64,000 bases of DNA from Alphaproteobacteria bacterium (lineage in GTDB: Bacteria; Pseudomonadota; Alphaproteobacteria; Bin95), in contig OY730441.1 in the NCBI GenBank assembly GCA_963422665.1, positions 2,466,489 through 2,530,488 on the forward strand, read 5' to 3'. This document shows positions 19,688 to 28,727 of the stretch, piece by piece (the stretch's first letter is position 1; every line of letters starts with the position of its first letter). The position numbers and the translations under genes were made by a program. Under the pieces are notes generated by a model. It saw only the letters and a program-made list of their open reading frames with translations. It was not told where the DNA came from and did no database searches.

Positions 19688-20595
19688 TGCCCTGCGCTCC
19701 CGAGGTCGCGCACCACCAGCCACTTGTTGGGATAAGCCGTTGCCGTGAGCGTCCTGCGCATCGGCGAAACTGCCAGCAGGGCGTCGGCTGCCGCCAGGAA
19801 CCCGGCCTCCTCTGTCTCCCCGGCAGGAAACGCCGCCGCCGCCCCCACCTTGAACCGGCGCTCGCTCTCCCAGGCCAGCTGCCAGCCGGCACGCGCGGCC
19901 CAGGCGCGCAACACGCCCTCGACCGTGCCGTGCGCTTCCGGATCTACTTGCCATGCTGCCGATCCCGCCTGTTCCGCTTCCACCGCCGCAGCAGCATCGG
20001 GATCCACCGGCCTTCCTCCCGGCTCCAACTCCCCCGGAACGCCATCCTCCACACGCCCCTGCGCAGCCTCTCCTTCAGCATCGCCGTCCTCCTCGTCCGT
20101 AAGGGCGGCAAGAACGCCCACCTCGACCCCGCCCGGCATCCGCTCGGGGCGCCGCTGCTCGATATCGCCGTAGCGGTAGAAGACGAGCTGGTCGTCTTCC
20201 CAGCCCCGGTCGTAGCCCGAGAGCCTGGCGAGCTCGTCCAGGACCTCGGGAACCGTCCCGCGCATCGAAAGACCGAACGGCACCGCCGGCTCCAGAACGA
20301 CATCGCCGTCCACGACGCGGCCCGGGCGGTCCTGAAGCACTGCCTTCACCCCGGCCAGGTCCGCAACCAGGCCCGCCAGCTCCCGGAACGGCAGGGGGGC
20401 CAGCTGCTTCACCTCGATCTCGCGCGCCGCAATCTCCGCAGGCAGGTCCTTCGACGGCGCCACGACCGTCACCGTCGCCGCGATCGGCGCCGCCGCCCAG
20501 GGTTTCCGCTGGGCGTCCTGCGCTACTGCCAGCGAAACACTCGCCAGCAGCACGGCAAGCAGCAGGACAAGCAACAGCGCCATTTCCCTCGACAT
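19684..20595 (-). CDS. Secreted protein with C-terminal PilL/TcpQ-like segment (uncertain)
   Basis: signal peptide MSREMALLLVLLLAVLLASVSLAVAQ; acidic middle; C-terminal ...TLTATAYPNKWLVVRDL. Confidence 0.35.
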   Translation of the reverse strand: MSREMALLLVLLLAVLLASVSLAVAQDAQRKPWAAAPIAATVTVVAPSKDLPAEIAAREIEVKQLAPLPFRELAGLVADLAGVKAVLQDRPGRVVDGDVVLEPAVPFGLSMRGTVPEVLDELARLSGYDRGWEDDQLVFYRYGDIEQRRPERMPGGVEVGVLAALTDEEDGDAEGEAAQGRVEDGVPGELEPGGRPVDPDAAAAVEAEQAGSAAWQVDPEAHGTVEGVLRAWAARAGWQLAWESERRFKVGAAAAFPAGETEEAGFLAAADALLAVSPMRRTLTATAYPNKWLVVRDLGSAGQ

Positions 20596-20626
20596 GTCGA
20601 AGATCCGCCGGCGACGCCGGCCTTTG

Positions 20627-21610
20627 CTATCGCTCCGCACCGAACGCCCCCAGGATTCCGTTCCGTTCGAAGACGCCGGCGACTTCGGCCCTGTCGGGTC
20701 CCAGGAACCCGCCCCTTATCCGGTTGCCGGCGACGCCCGCGTCGAACGCCATACTCGCGGTCACGTCGACATCGGGCTTAGTGCCGGGGGGCAGCGGACC
20801 CTCCGTCTCGACCACCGTTCTCGTCACATCGAGCAGGCTGACCGGCACATTCCCGAACCTCGCATCCGGAAAGGACGCTCCGGTCGAGACGCTTGCAATG
20901 TCCGTGAAGGCCGCATCGATCCGTCCGACGACATCGCCGTCTTCGGCATCGTCGCCCAGCGCCACGACCGACCGGTAGGTCAGCACCGCAACGCCCTGCA
21001 GGCACCCCTCTGAAAACCCGCCGGCCTCCGTTACCCCGACCATCCGGCCCCGCCACGTGGCCCTGATATCCTGACCCTCGGCGACCTCCGTCAACCCGCC
21101 GAGCGCCAGCCCGTAGCGGAACTCCCGAAGACCGGCGCCCGAGCCCTCGCGCTCCAGCAGAACGCCGAAACCGCCATGGCGCATCCAGCCGCCCCGGCTC
21201 TGCGCATCGAGGTCCGACGCCCAAACCACGTCGATGCCGCCAATCCGCTCGACAACGCCGGTGCTGGCGAGCGGTCCGGCATTGCCGATGCCGATCCCTC
21301 CTCCGCCCGACCCCGAGCAGCTCAGGCCCGAACATCCGGTGTCATCGAACGCACCGTCGCCGTACCCGCTTTCCTCGCGGGCGCTCGTCGCGAAGAGAAC
21401 ATCCGCACCTCCCAGAGCCGCAGCCGCCCACACGGACGCCGGGCCCCTTTCCATGCCGGGAGCCCCGACCGGCGGTGCTCCCGGCTCCGGTCCCGCCTCT
21501 CCAATCCTCGATCCGGGTCGCGACGGTCCCTCGTCACCCCCGCAGGCCGACAGAACCGCGGCGCAAACCAATAAGGCCACAAACGGACGCCCGTATCTCC
21601 AACACCGCAT
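20627..21610 (-). CDS. Surface lipoprotein with TbpB/fHbp-like C-terminal beta-barrel (paralogue 1)
   Basis: lipobox VALLVCAAVLSAC; C-terminus FDAGVAGNRIRGGFLGPDRAEVAGVFERNGILGAFGAER matches the G-x-F-x-G...E-x-x-G-x-F...GAFGA(K/R) barrel end of TbpB-like lipoproteins. Confidence 0.5.
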   Translation of the reverse strand: MRCWRYGRPFVALLVCAAVLSACGGDEGPSRPGSRIGEAGPEPGAPPVGAPGMERGPASVWAAAALGGADVLFATSAREESGYGDGAFDDTGCSGLSCSGSGGGGIGIGNAGPLASTGVVERIGGIDVVWASDLDAQSRGGWMRHGGFGVLLEREGSGAGLREFRYGLALGGLTEVAEGQDIRATWRGRMVGVTEAGGFSEGCLQGVAVLTYRSVVALGDDAEDGDVVGRIDAAFTDIASVSTGASFPDARFGNVPVSLLDVTRTVVETEGPLPPGTKPDVDVTASMAFDAGVAGNRIRGGFLGPDRAEVAGVFERNGILGAFGAER

Positions 21611-21612
21611 CC

Positions 21613-22623
21613 CTACCTGCCCTCCTGCCTCAGCGCGCCGAAGGATCCGACAATGCCGAGCTGCTCCATCACCCCCGCGATCTCCGGATGACCCGGCCCG
21701 TATAAGCCGCCGGCAATACGGTTCCCCGCAACGCCCGCATCGAACGTCCCGTCCAGGCGAACCGGCACATTGTCGAACCGCAGCCGGGACACGCTGTGCG
21801 GGCGCCGGCCCGCCAGGTCGTAAATGTCGGAGAACACCGCATCCAGCGAACGGTCGCCGGTGTCCCAGGTCAGCACCGCATCGCCCTGCAGCGGCAGATA
21901 GCCATGCGCCGAACTGCAGATCATCACGCCCCGCCAGACGAGATCGAAATCCCGCAGCGGACCTGGCCGCATTCCGGACAGGTCCCCGCCCGCAAGCCCG
22001 TAACGCCACTGCGCCTCCCAGCCGTCATCGACGGACAGCGCATGGCTGAAGACGAACCCGCTACGGTCCGTCCAGGCGCCCAGGCTGCGCATGTCCGGCG
22101 TGTCCGGTACCGCCTCGCGCACGTCCGCCTGCGCTTCCAGCAGCGTGATCCCGTGCCGGGCGGGCCAGGCGCTGGAGGCCCGCGTCACCCAGTTGAGGTC
22201 GTCCCTCGCGAACCCGTCCGGCACCCCGCCCGCATCGCCTGCCGCCGCCAGCGTGCAGGACGCACCCCCGCATGTCGCATCGAACTGGAAGTCCTGCCGT
22301 TCGAGCTCCCGCGCCGGCGCCAGCGGGTCGGGCAGCACCGCCACCTCCGGCGGCAGCTCGGGGCGCTGCCCATGGACGCGCGTCGCCAGAAGCGAGTCCG
22401 TCCGGAACAGGATTTCGGCCATCCGCGCCGCCTGCTCGCCGCCCGTCTCCAGAGGATCGCCTGAAACGGGCGCCGGGCCGGGAGGAGACGGAAGGTGGGG
22501 CTCGTCGCCGGTACCGCATGCCGACAGGAAAAGCCCGACCGCCAGCGCTGTCATTACCGGAACCCGGCAGGACCGCATCGCCGGGCGTCTTTCCCGGAGC
22601 TTCAGGACCATCCCTCCGCTCAT
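21613..22623 (-). CDS. Surface lipoprotein with TbpB/fHbp-like C-terminal beta-barrel (paralogue 2)
   Basis: lipobox ALAVGLFLSAC; C-terminus FDAGVAGNRIAGGLYGPGHPEIAGVMEQLGIVGSFGALRQ, clearly paralogous to 20627..21610. Confidence 0.5.
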   Translation of the reverse strand: MSGGMVLKLRERRPAMRSCRVPVMTALAVGLFLSACGTGDEPHLPSPPGPAPVSGDPLETGGEQAARMAEILFRTDSLLATRVHGQRPELPPEVAVLPDPLAPARELERQDFQFDATCGGASCTLAAAGDAGGVPDGFARDDLNWVTRASSAWPARHGITLLEAQADVREAVPDTPDMRSLGAWTDRSGFVFSHALSVDDGWEAQWRYGLAGGDLSGMRPGPLRDFDLVWRGVMICSSAHGYLPLQGDAVLTWDTGDRSLDAVFSDIYDLAGRRPHSVSRLRFDNVPVRLDGTFDAGVAGNRIAGGLYGPGHPEIAGVMEQLGIVGSFGALRQEGR

Positions 22624-23129
22624 CGCGCAAAGTCCTGCGAAATGGAGGCGGGCCAGGCCGCTGCCCTGGCTTCGCGCCACATTCGACCGACCGTCCGAAC
22701 CGCTCCCGCAAATCCGGTCTGCTGTCCGGCTGCGACGGCCGCCAGCCAGCCCCCGGCCGACAGCCCCAGCACAGACATCGCCCAAAGCGGCATCGTCAGT
22801 GCGACGAAACCCAGCTCCACGATCCCGCTCATCAGGGCGCTCGCAGCAGCCAGAACCAGCACGGCCGCCAGCTCCGGCTGGCCCCAGGGCCCGCGGGGCG
22901 GGCGCCCCCGACCCCGAAGCACCCGGCAAACCCGCAGACCGACCGGGTAACCCAGCCCTACTGTGCCCGCATAAACCGCCAGAGCCACCGGAACCGCGGC
23001 AGCAGCCCAGAGACGCAAGTCCAGCACAACGAAGAACGCAGCCAGTTCCACGCCCGCCAGCAGCGCGGCCGCAGCACACATCGCCAGCCCGAGCCCTGCC
23101 TGCTCGATAGCGGCGAGCGCCGGGCTCAC
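22620..23129 (-). CDS. Integral membrane protein, GTG start (GTGA overlap)
   Basis: 170 aa, 4 TM helices. Confidence 0.35.
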   Translation of the reverse strand: MSPALAAIEQAGLGLAMCAAAALLAGVELAAFFVVLDLRLWAAAAVPVALAVYAGTVGLGYPVGLRVCRVLRGRGRPPRGPWGQPELAAVLVLAAASALMSGIVELGFVALTMPLWAMSVLGLSAGGWLAAVAAGQQTGFAGAVRTVGRMWREARAAAWPASISQDFAR

Positions 23130-23809
23130 CGCCGCTCCTCCCGGGCCCAGGCGCGGGACGCCATTTCCCGGCCCATCGACATCACTGCACGGATCGCCTG
23201 CGACAGGCTCAGCCGGCGACGGGTCGCCACCACCGCCAGACCGCCGCCGATCGACGCCCCGCACACCAGCAACGCCGTCTGGCCGAGCCAGAACGCCATC
23301 TTCTGCAGAACGACATCGCCCGAGAACAGGAGAAACCAGGCTGCCAGCGCCAGTGCGAGCCCGGCCTCGCCGAGACGCGGCGGCGCACCGAGCCATCGCC
23401 CCCAACAGCTATAGGCCAAGTAGAACAGTCCCGCCACGAACGGGTATCCTGCAAGCACGATCACGGCTCGCAGAACGCCCCTCTCCGGTGGAAAGAGCAG
23501 GACCGCGGCCATCGCCACGCTGACGGCCGCCGCGCTCGCGACCATACCGTGACCGCCATGATAGACCCCGACTGGCTCAGGACCTGCATCGCCGGTACTC
23601 TTGCCCTGTTCGGGCTCTCTTTCGGATGCGGCCTGATCGGCTATTCCTTCTTCTGGATCGCCGGACTTGCGAACGCGGTCGGCGCCACGATCCCCGCCGT
23701 TATTACCGGCGCCTTCGGGCTCGTTCTCGGCGTCATGTCCGTGTTCCTGCTGATCAGGGCCTTCGCCGCCGTCGACAACTGCATCATGCGAGCCGGTCAT
23801 CGCCTTCAT
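23126..23809 (-). CDS. Integral membrane protein with acidic N-terminal tail
   Basis: N-terminal D/E/G-rich ~85 aa then 4 TM helices. Confidence 0.35.
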   Translation of the reverse strand: MKAMTGSHDAVVDGGEGPDQQEHGHDAENEPEGAGNNGGDRGADRVRKSGDPEEGIADQAASEREPEQGKSTGDAGPEPVGVYHGGHGMVASAAAVSVAMAAVLLFPPERGVLRAVIVLAGYPFVAGLFYLAYSCWGRWLGAPPRLGEAGLALALAAWFLLFSGDVVLQKMAFWLGQTALLVCGASIGGGLAVVATRRRLSLSQAIRAVMSMGREMASRAWAREERR

Positions 23810-23813
23810 CTCC

Positions 23814-24404
23814 TCACCCGAGCCCGATATCGGCGAGACCCGCAGCCGTCACCGCGAGAACGAGGCCCGCGCCCACGGCCATGCCGGGCCCGAGCGGCAC
23901 ATGGCCCCGGAGCCACGACCGGCCCCGCCGGCGCTGGACCCAGGCATGGCGGCCGAGCGCACAAGCCGAGCCGACCGAAAGCGCCCAGAGAAGGCCGAAG
24001 GGCCCGAGCAGCCATCCCAGCGCCGCGAACAGCAACACGTCGCCCGGATAGAACGGCCAGCGCCGGCCGAGAGCCTCTGCAACCGTCAGCGGCACGGCCC
24101 CGATCAGCAATCCGGCACCGGCGCCCGCCATCGCCCGCAACAGGCCGTCGGCCGCATCCGGGCCGACCGTCTGCGCCTGCCAGAGCGCGCCCGCGCCCAG
24201 GAGCAGGAACAGCCACCAAGGGTCTATGCGGAAACGCTGCCCGTCGATGCTGCCGATCCGCCATAGCGCGCCGCAGGCCCAGGCGAGCACCACCAGCGAG
24301 AGCGTCGCCGACCGAGGGGCGCCGGCCAATATCGCCATGCCTCCGAACAGGAACACGATGACGGCGAAAACCGGCGCCGCGTCGCGGGACTTGATCGAGG
24401 TCAT
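23814..24404 (-). CDS. Prepilin peptidase (A24 family; TadV/CpaA/PilU-like)
   Basis: polytopic; motif WPFYPGDVLLFAALG matching the GGDVKL-type catalytic-Asp loop; ~195 aa from MTSIKSRD. Confidence 0.65.
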   Translation of the reverse strand: MTSIKSRDAAPVFAVIVFLFGGMAILAGAPRSATLSLVVLAWACGALWRIGSIDGQRFRIDPWWLFLLLGAGALWQAQTVGPDAADGLLRAMAGAGAGLLIGAVPLTVAEALGRRWPFYPGDVLLFAALGWLLGPFGLLWALSVGSACALGRHAWVQRRRGRSWLRGHVPLGPGMAVGAGLVLAVTAAGLADIGLG

Positions 24405-24802
24405 CGCAGATCGTCCTCCCACACGCCGAACGTCGCCGGCAGGAGGCGGCACCAGCGCTCCAGCTCCTCTTCGCCGCAGATCTCCGGGCGCAGCGTCCTC
24501 ACCGCCGAGCCGACTTCGGCCCGCTCCCGGTTCCATGCCTCGAGTTCCTTCTGGACGGCCAGGAGACGGCGCATCCCGGCAACCTCGCGCGCCAGCGCCT
24601 CGCGGACCTTCAGACCCTCGAGACGCGTCGCCGCCCAGCCGCCCGGAGCCGGCGGCGCACCCTGCTTCGTGGCGCTGTCCTGTGCGGGAGCCTCGTTCTC
24701 TGCCGGGACCGCGTCCTGCGTCTGGGCCGCACCAGGCAACGGCATCGCCCCCGCCAGAACGAGCAGGACCGCGAGACCCGAAATCCGCGCCGCCATCAGC
24801 AT
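24401..24802 (-). CDS. Small secreted periplasmic protein
   Basis: signal peptide MAARISGLAVLLVLAGAMPLPGAAQ; 130 aa. Confidence 0.35.
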   Translation of the reverse strand: MLMAARISGLAVLLVLAGAMPLPGAAQTQDAVPAENEAPAQDSATKQGAPPAPGGWAATRLEGLKVREALAREVAGMRRLLAVQKELEAWNRERAEVGSAVRTLRPEICGEEELERWCRLLPATFGVWEDDLR

Positions 24803-25872
24803 CCCGAGCAGCTCCCGACCGTGAGCGACCCGAACGAGCCCGTGCCGGTGACCGTGACAGACCCGTTCACATTGGCGCCCGCGGCCGTGAGGTTGGCGCC
24901 GGCCTCGATGTTCGCGGCCTCGACGTCGCCTGCGATATCGGCGCTCGCCGCCTCCAGTGCGCCCGTCGCTTCCACCGCGTCCGCATTGACAATGCCCGTG
25001 AACGCCGCGTCGCCCCGGAACACCAGGCCGTCCGGCACCGTGAAACTCCCCATGACCTCGACCGAGCCCGCCGTCGTCGCCGTGCCCACGGTGAGCGCCC
25101 GGTCGATCCGGAACTCGCCGGCCCGCATCACCCGGTGCACCTGAAGCTCCTCGGCCGTCAGCACCCGCACGCCCACCAGGTCGTTGCCGTTCATGTCGAG
25201 GTCGGTCTCCATGCGCGCGGAGTCCGGACAGCCGGCCCTGACCCGCCGGAACACGGCGTCACCGCACACGCTCTCCCGGTCGAGCTGCCGGTAGACGGCC
25301 AGCGCCCGCGCGCGCGGATGGCCGCCGGCAGCCGCCCGGAACGCCGTCAGGTCCTCCTGCACGGTCGGCCCCAGCAACACGCCCGACCCGTCCACCACGC
25401 CCAGCGCCTGCCGGCCGCGCGCCTCGAACACCGCATTCGCCGGAAAGCGCGTGTCATTGGCGTCGGCCAGCTGCATCGACAAGAGCCGCACATCGCCCCC
25501 GCCGAGCGAGACCGCCCAGGCCTGGAGCGGGCGCTTCATCGCGTCGCCCGCCTCGTCGAAGCCCTGCGGCAACAGCCTGTCGGTCCTGAGGGCGCCGATA
25601 TCGATCCGCCGCGCCGTCCCGGCCGCCAGGCCTGCATAGGTTCCGTATGCCGAGCGCACATGGCTCTCGACCGCCTGAGCCAGCACCACGAGCTTCCGCG
25701 CCGCGCCAACCGCGTTCGAGGCCGCGATGCGGCCCTGCAGCCAGATCGCGAAGCCGAGCGCGATCACCACCAGCACGATCACCGCCACCAGCGCGCCCAC
25801 CGGCGTCATGCCCCGCCAGCGCCCGATCCATAGGCGCCGCGCGAACCCCGGTCTGCGCATGGGTCCCCTCAT
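24796..25872 (-). CDS. PilV-like minor pilin/adhesin paralogue 1 (prepilin-type leader)
   Basis: basic 21-aa leader ending RG then hydrophobic MTPVGALVAVIVLVVIALGFAIW; shared ARMETD motif and Cys-containing C-terminus LTVGSCSGC; ATGA overlap with paralogue 2. Confidence 0.45.
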   Translation of the reverse strand: MRGPMRRPGFARRLWIGRWRGMTPVGALVAVIVLVVIALGFAIWLQGRIAASNAVGAARKLVVLAQAVESHVRSAYGTYAGLAAGTARRIDIGALRTDRLLPQGFDEAGDAMKRPLQAWAVSLGGGDVRLLSMQLADANDTRFPANAVFEARGRQALGVVDGSGVLLGPTVQEDLTAFRAAAGGHPRARALAVYRQLDRESVCGDAVFRRVRAGCPDSARMETDLDMNGNDLVGVRVLTAEELQVHRVMRAGEFRIDRALTVGTATTAGSVEVMGSFTVPDGLVFRGDAAFTGIVNADAVEATGALEAASADIAGDVEAANIEAGANLTAAGANVNGSVTVTGTGSFGSLTVGSCSGC

Positions 25873-27113
25873 CGCACCACCGGCTCGCAGCCGGTGCAGT
25901 CGCCCGTCGTGACGACGCCCGTGAACGATCCCGTATTCGCGCCGAGACCGCCGTCGATCCGAAGCCTCCGCGCCCGGGCATTGCCCGAGGCCTCGAGCCC
26001 GCCGCCGCCGTCCAGGCGCCCGGCCACCTCCAGACTGCCCGCGCCCACTTCGCCCGCCACCGCGAGCGCCGTGTCCGTGGCGGTGAGCCCGGTGCCGACC
26101 GACAGCAGCTGCGGGATGTTGAACGCCTGCGCCGGCGCGCCCGTATGGCCGAACCGGAACCCGCCATCGGCCCGAAACCTCGTCGCCGGAATGTCGCCCC
26201 CGAACGCCATGCTGCCGGGCTGGCCGGTCCGGCCCACCGTCACATTGCCCGCGATCTCCGCCGGTGCCCCGCCCGTCCCCGCAAAGCGCCCCTCCCGGTT
26301 GGTGCCGACATCGACCCCTTCGACATTGCCGGCGTTCCGAACCTCGTAACAGCGCCGGTCGTTCGCCAGCGCCGCATTGCGGCAGTCCTCGCCGACGACG
26401 ACCGCGACCGGGCTCTCGATCTCGCCCGCCGGCAGCAGCGCCTGGCCGACGGCGCCCGCATTCGGGCCGAACACGAAATCCGTCTCCATGCGCGCAAGCT
26501 CCGGACGCCCGCCCACGGCGCGCCGGTGGAGCCGGTCCCCGTCATGCTCCACCGCATGGTCCGCCGTCGCGAACAGCGAGCCCGCCGGCAAGGCCCCGAG
26601 CACCGCGCGCACCGCCGGCAGCCGGCCGTGCATCGCCGTCGCATCGCCGCCAACCGCGCCCACAAGGTCGAGGCCGCCCATCACTGCGCCCGCGCGCAAT
26701 GCCGGCGCCCGGAACGAAAGCTCCGGGCCCGAAAGCGAGCACGCCGCCATCGGAACCCCGTCAACCATGACAGCGCCATAGGCAGCCGTCGCCACCGTGC
26801 CCCCGGCGCGACCGACCGTGCCGAGGCCGGCCGGGAGGAGGGACCAGCCCCTTAGCTGCGCCGGCGTCACGACACCCGCCGCCGTCACCCGGCCCGACTG
26901 GACCGCCCGGTGGACCGCCGTGCAGGTCATCGCCCAGATGCGCCCACGCTCGCGGTCGATCTCCGCCAGACGCAGCGCCTCCTGCTGGCGCTCCCAGGCC
27001 GCCAGCACGAACACCACCGTCGCGGCCAGGAACAGCGCGCCCACAGGCAGCGCCGCGCCGCGGCCCGCGCCCCGGCGCAGCCGACCGACCAGCGATGATC
27101 GCAGGCGCGCCAC
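25869..27113 (-). CDS. PilV-like minor pilin/adhesin paralogue 2
   Basis: leader ...RLRRGAGRG then ALPVGALFLAATVVFVLAAW; ARMETD motif; C-terminus TTGDCTGCEPVVR. Confidence 0.45.
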   Translation of the reverse strand: MARLRSSLVGRLRRGAGRGAALPVGALFLAATVVFVLAAWERQQEALRLAEIDRERGRIWAMTCTAVHRAVQSGRVTAAGVVTPAQLRGWSLLPAGLGTVGRAGGTVATAAYGAVMVDGVPMAACSLSGPELSFRAPALRAGAVMGGLDLVGAVGGDATAMHGRLPAVRAVLGALPAGSLFATADHAVEHDGDRLHRRAVGGRPELARMETDFVFGPNAGAVGQALLPAGEIESPVAVVVGEDCRNAALANDRRCYEVRNAGNVEGVDVGTNREGRFAGTGGAPAEIAGNVTVGRTGQPGSMAFGGDIPATRFRADGGFRFGHTGAPAQAFNIPQLLSVGTGLTATDTALAVAGEVGAGSLEVAGRLDGGGGLEASGNARARRLRIDGGLGANTGSFTGVVTTGDCTGCEPVVR

Positions 27114-27116
27114 CGG

Positions 27117-27656
27117 TCACCCGAACACGAACGTCAGCGCGTTGCCCGCCGTGCCTTTATTGCAATTGGTGTTGAGCCAACCGATGGTGCGCACCGTGGG
27201 CGCGGTGGTCGGCACGGTCGTTGGCGCCGTCGCGGCCACATTCATGATCACGATGCCCGAGCCCGCCCGCGTCCGGCCCGCATAGGCTTGGCCCAGGTCC
27301 TTGCACGTCTCGTTGTCCAGATCGTCAAACGTGATCGCGAAACGACCGCTGTTCCCACGGATCGTCACCGCACCGCCGAAGGCATGCTGGATCGTCTCCG
27401 AGCCGGCAGAGCCAACCTTCGCGCCGTCCGGGATCTTCCCGAACCCGCGAACGATCGGCACGAGGTCCGCGTTCGCGCTAGGGCCATAGCTGGCCTGGCC
27501 CGAATAGATCCGCTCGACGCTCGCGCGCAGCTGGTTCAGCAGCTTGATCGACTCGCCCTCCTTCAGGCTCGCCGTGATCCCGTTGTAGATCCCGACGACC
27601 GCGACGATCGCCACAAGGCCCGCGATTACCGACAGCAAGACTCCGACCGGGTTCAT
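27117..27656 (-). CDS. Major pilin candidate (type IVB/PilS-like), no obvious leader
   Basis: 179 aa; N-terminus MNPVGVLLSVIAGLVAIVAVVGIYNGITAS shares the xPVGxL start with the two PilV-like proteins; Thr/Pro-rich C-terminal region; directly downstream of the platform gene. Confidence 0.5.
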   Translation of the reverse strand: MNPVGVLLSVIAGLVAIVAVVGIYNGITASLKEGESIKLLNQLRASVERIYSGQASYGPSANADLVPIVRGFGKIPDGAKVGSAGSETIQHAFGGAVTIRGNSGRFAITFDDLDNETCKDLGQAYAGRTRAGSGIVIMNVAATAPTTVPTTAPTVRTIGWLNTNCNKGTAGNALTFVFG

Positions 27657-27668
27657 GTCCCTCTCATC

Positions 27669-28727
27669 TCAGTAGCTTCGTTCCACCTGGGTCGAGATGT
27701 CGAAACTCACCCACATGATCAGGATCATCTGCGCCGTCCCGACACCCATCAGCACCGTGTTCAGCACGGCGGCCCGCATCCGCATCAACGCCTCCGAGCG
27801 CTCCACCCAGCGATCCACGAACCCGGCAAGCGTCTCTTCCCAGTCCGCGCGCCCGTCCATCGCGCCCGCAACCGCCACCAGCGTCTCGTCCGGGAACCCC
27901 TGGCGCGCCGCCGAGAGCGCCGAGCCGAAGCCCAGCCCCTCGTTCAGCATCAGCTCCCGCACACGGCGCATGCGGCTCCGCACATAGGGCGACGCGCCGC
28001 GCTCGAACTGGACGAACGTGTCCCGGTTCAGGTCCACGCCCATGCGCAGGAACTCCACGCACACGAACAGGAACCCGCTCCCCGACAGCGTCCGGTAAAG
28101 CGAAAAGGGCGGGATCCGGTCCGCAAACACCCGCCCCCGTCCCGTCCAGCGCAGCACAACCAGCCGGAAGGCCGCCAGGAACAGCACGAACGCGATCCCG
28201 ATCTCGACGTCGTTCCCGTAGAAACCCTCCGAGACCCAGGCGAGCGAGCGCGACCAGATATCCCAGCGCGACCGGTCGCTCACCTCCAGCATCGCCGGAA
28301 TGACCTCGTAGCCCATGAACCACGTCATCCCCACGCAGCCAACGAAGATCACCAAAGGCATGAACATCGCGTTCGCCACCGCGCGCACCTGCTTCGAGCG
28401 CATCTCCGCCACCCGCGCCGCCGCCAGGAACAGCACCTCCGCACGCGCCCGGCCCAGCCCGTAGAAGACCATCGCCTCCGACGCCGGAACCCAGCGCGAG
28501 AGTTCCACCGCGAAATCGTCGCCGCCCGACGCCAGCGCCGCCTGCCAGTCCCGCAGCATCCGCACCCGGATCGTCTCGCGCGACTTCGCCTGCATCACCA
28601 CGCCGAGCGCGTCCCGCAGCCCGAGGCCGCCCTGGAGCAGGTCGTGCAGCAGATACCAGATGTCGATCCGCGCCTCGGTCCGGGCCGCCAGGAGCCGGCG
28701 CAGGAACAACCACCGGAAACCCCTCAT
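27669..28727 (-). CDS. Pilus platform protein, GspF/PilC/PilR(R64) family
   Basis: 352 aa from MRGFRWLFLRR (ATGA overlap with ATPase gene); two T2SS-F-like repeats, each with a cytoplasmic helical domain and TM helices. Confidence 0.6.
   Translation of the reverse strand: MRGFRWLFLRRLLAARTEARIDIWYLLHDLLQGGLGLRDALGVVMQAKSRETIRVRMLRDWQAALASGGDDFAVELSRWVPASEAMVFYGLGRARAEVLFLAAARVAEMRSKQVRAVANAMFMPLVIFVGCVGMTWFMGYEVIPAMLEVSDRSRWDIWSRSLAWVSEGFYGNDVEIGIAFVLFLAAFRLVVLRWTGRGRVFADRIPPFSLYRTLSGSGFLFVCVEFLRMGVDLNRDTFVQFERGASPYVRSRMRRVRELMLNEGLGFGSALSAARQGFPDETLVAVAGAMDGRADWEETLAGFVDRWVERSEALMRMRAAVLNTVLMGVGTAQMILIMWVSFDISTQVERSY

Noticed and set aside
27117-27656. Type IVa pilin (PilA) interpretation of the pilin candidate
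   Set aside because: No G|F(M)TLIE prepilin cleavage motif and no Glu5. The architecture and neighbours fit a type IVB/R64-like pilin better, though the family remains unproven.
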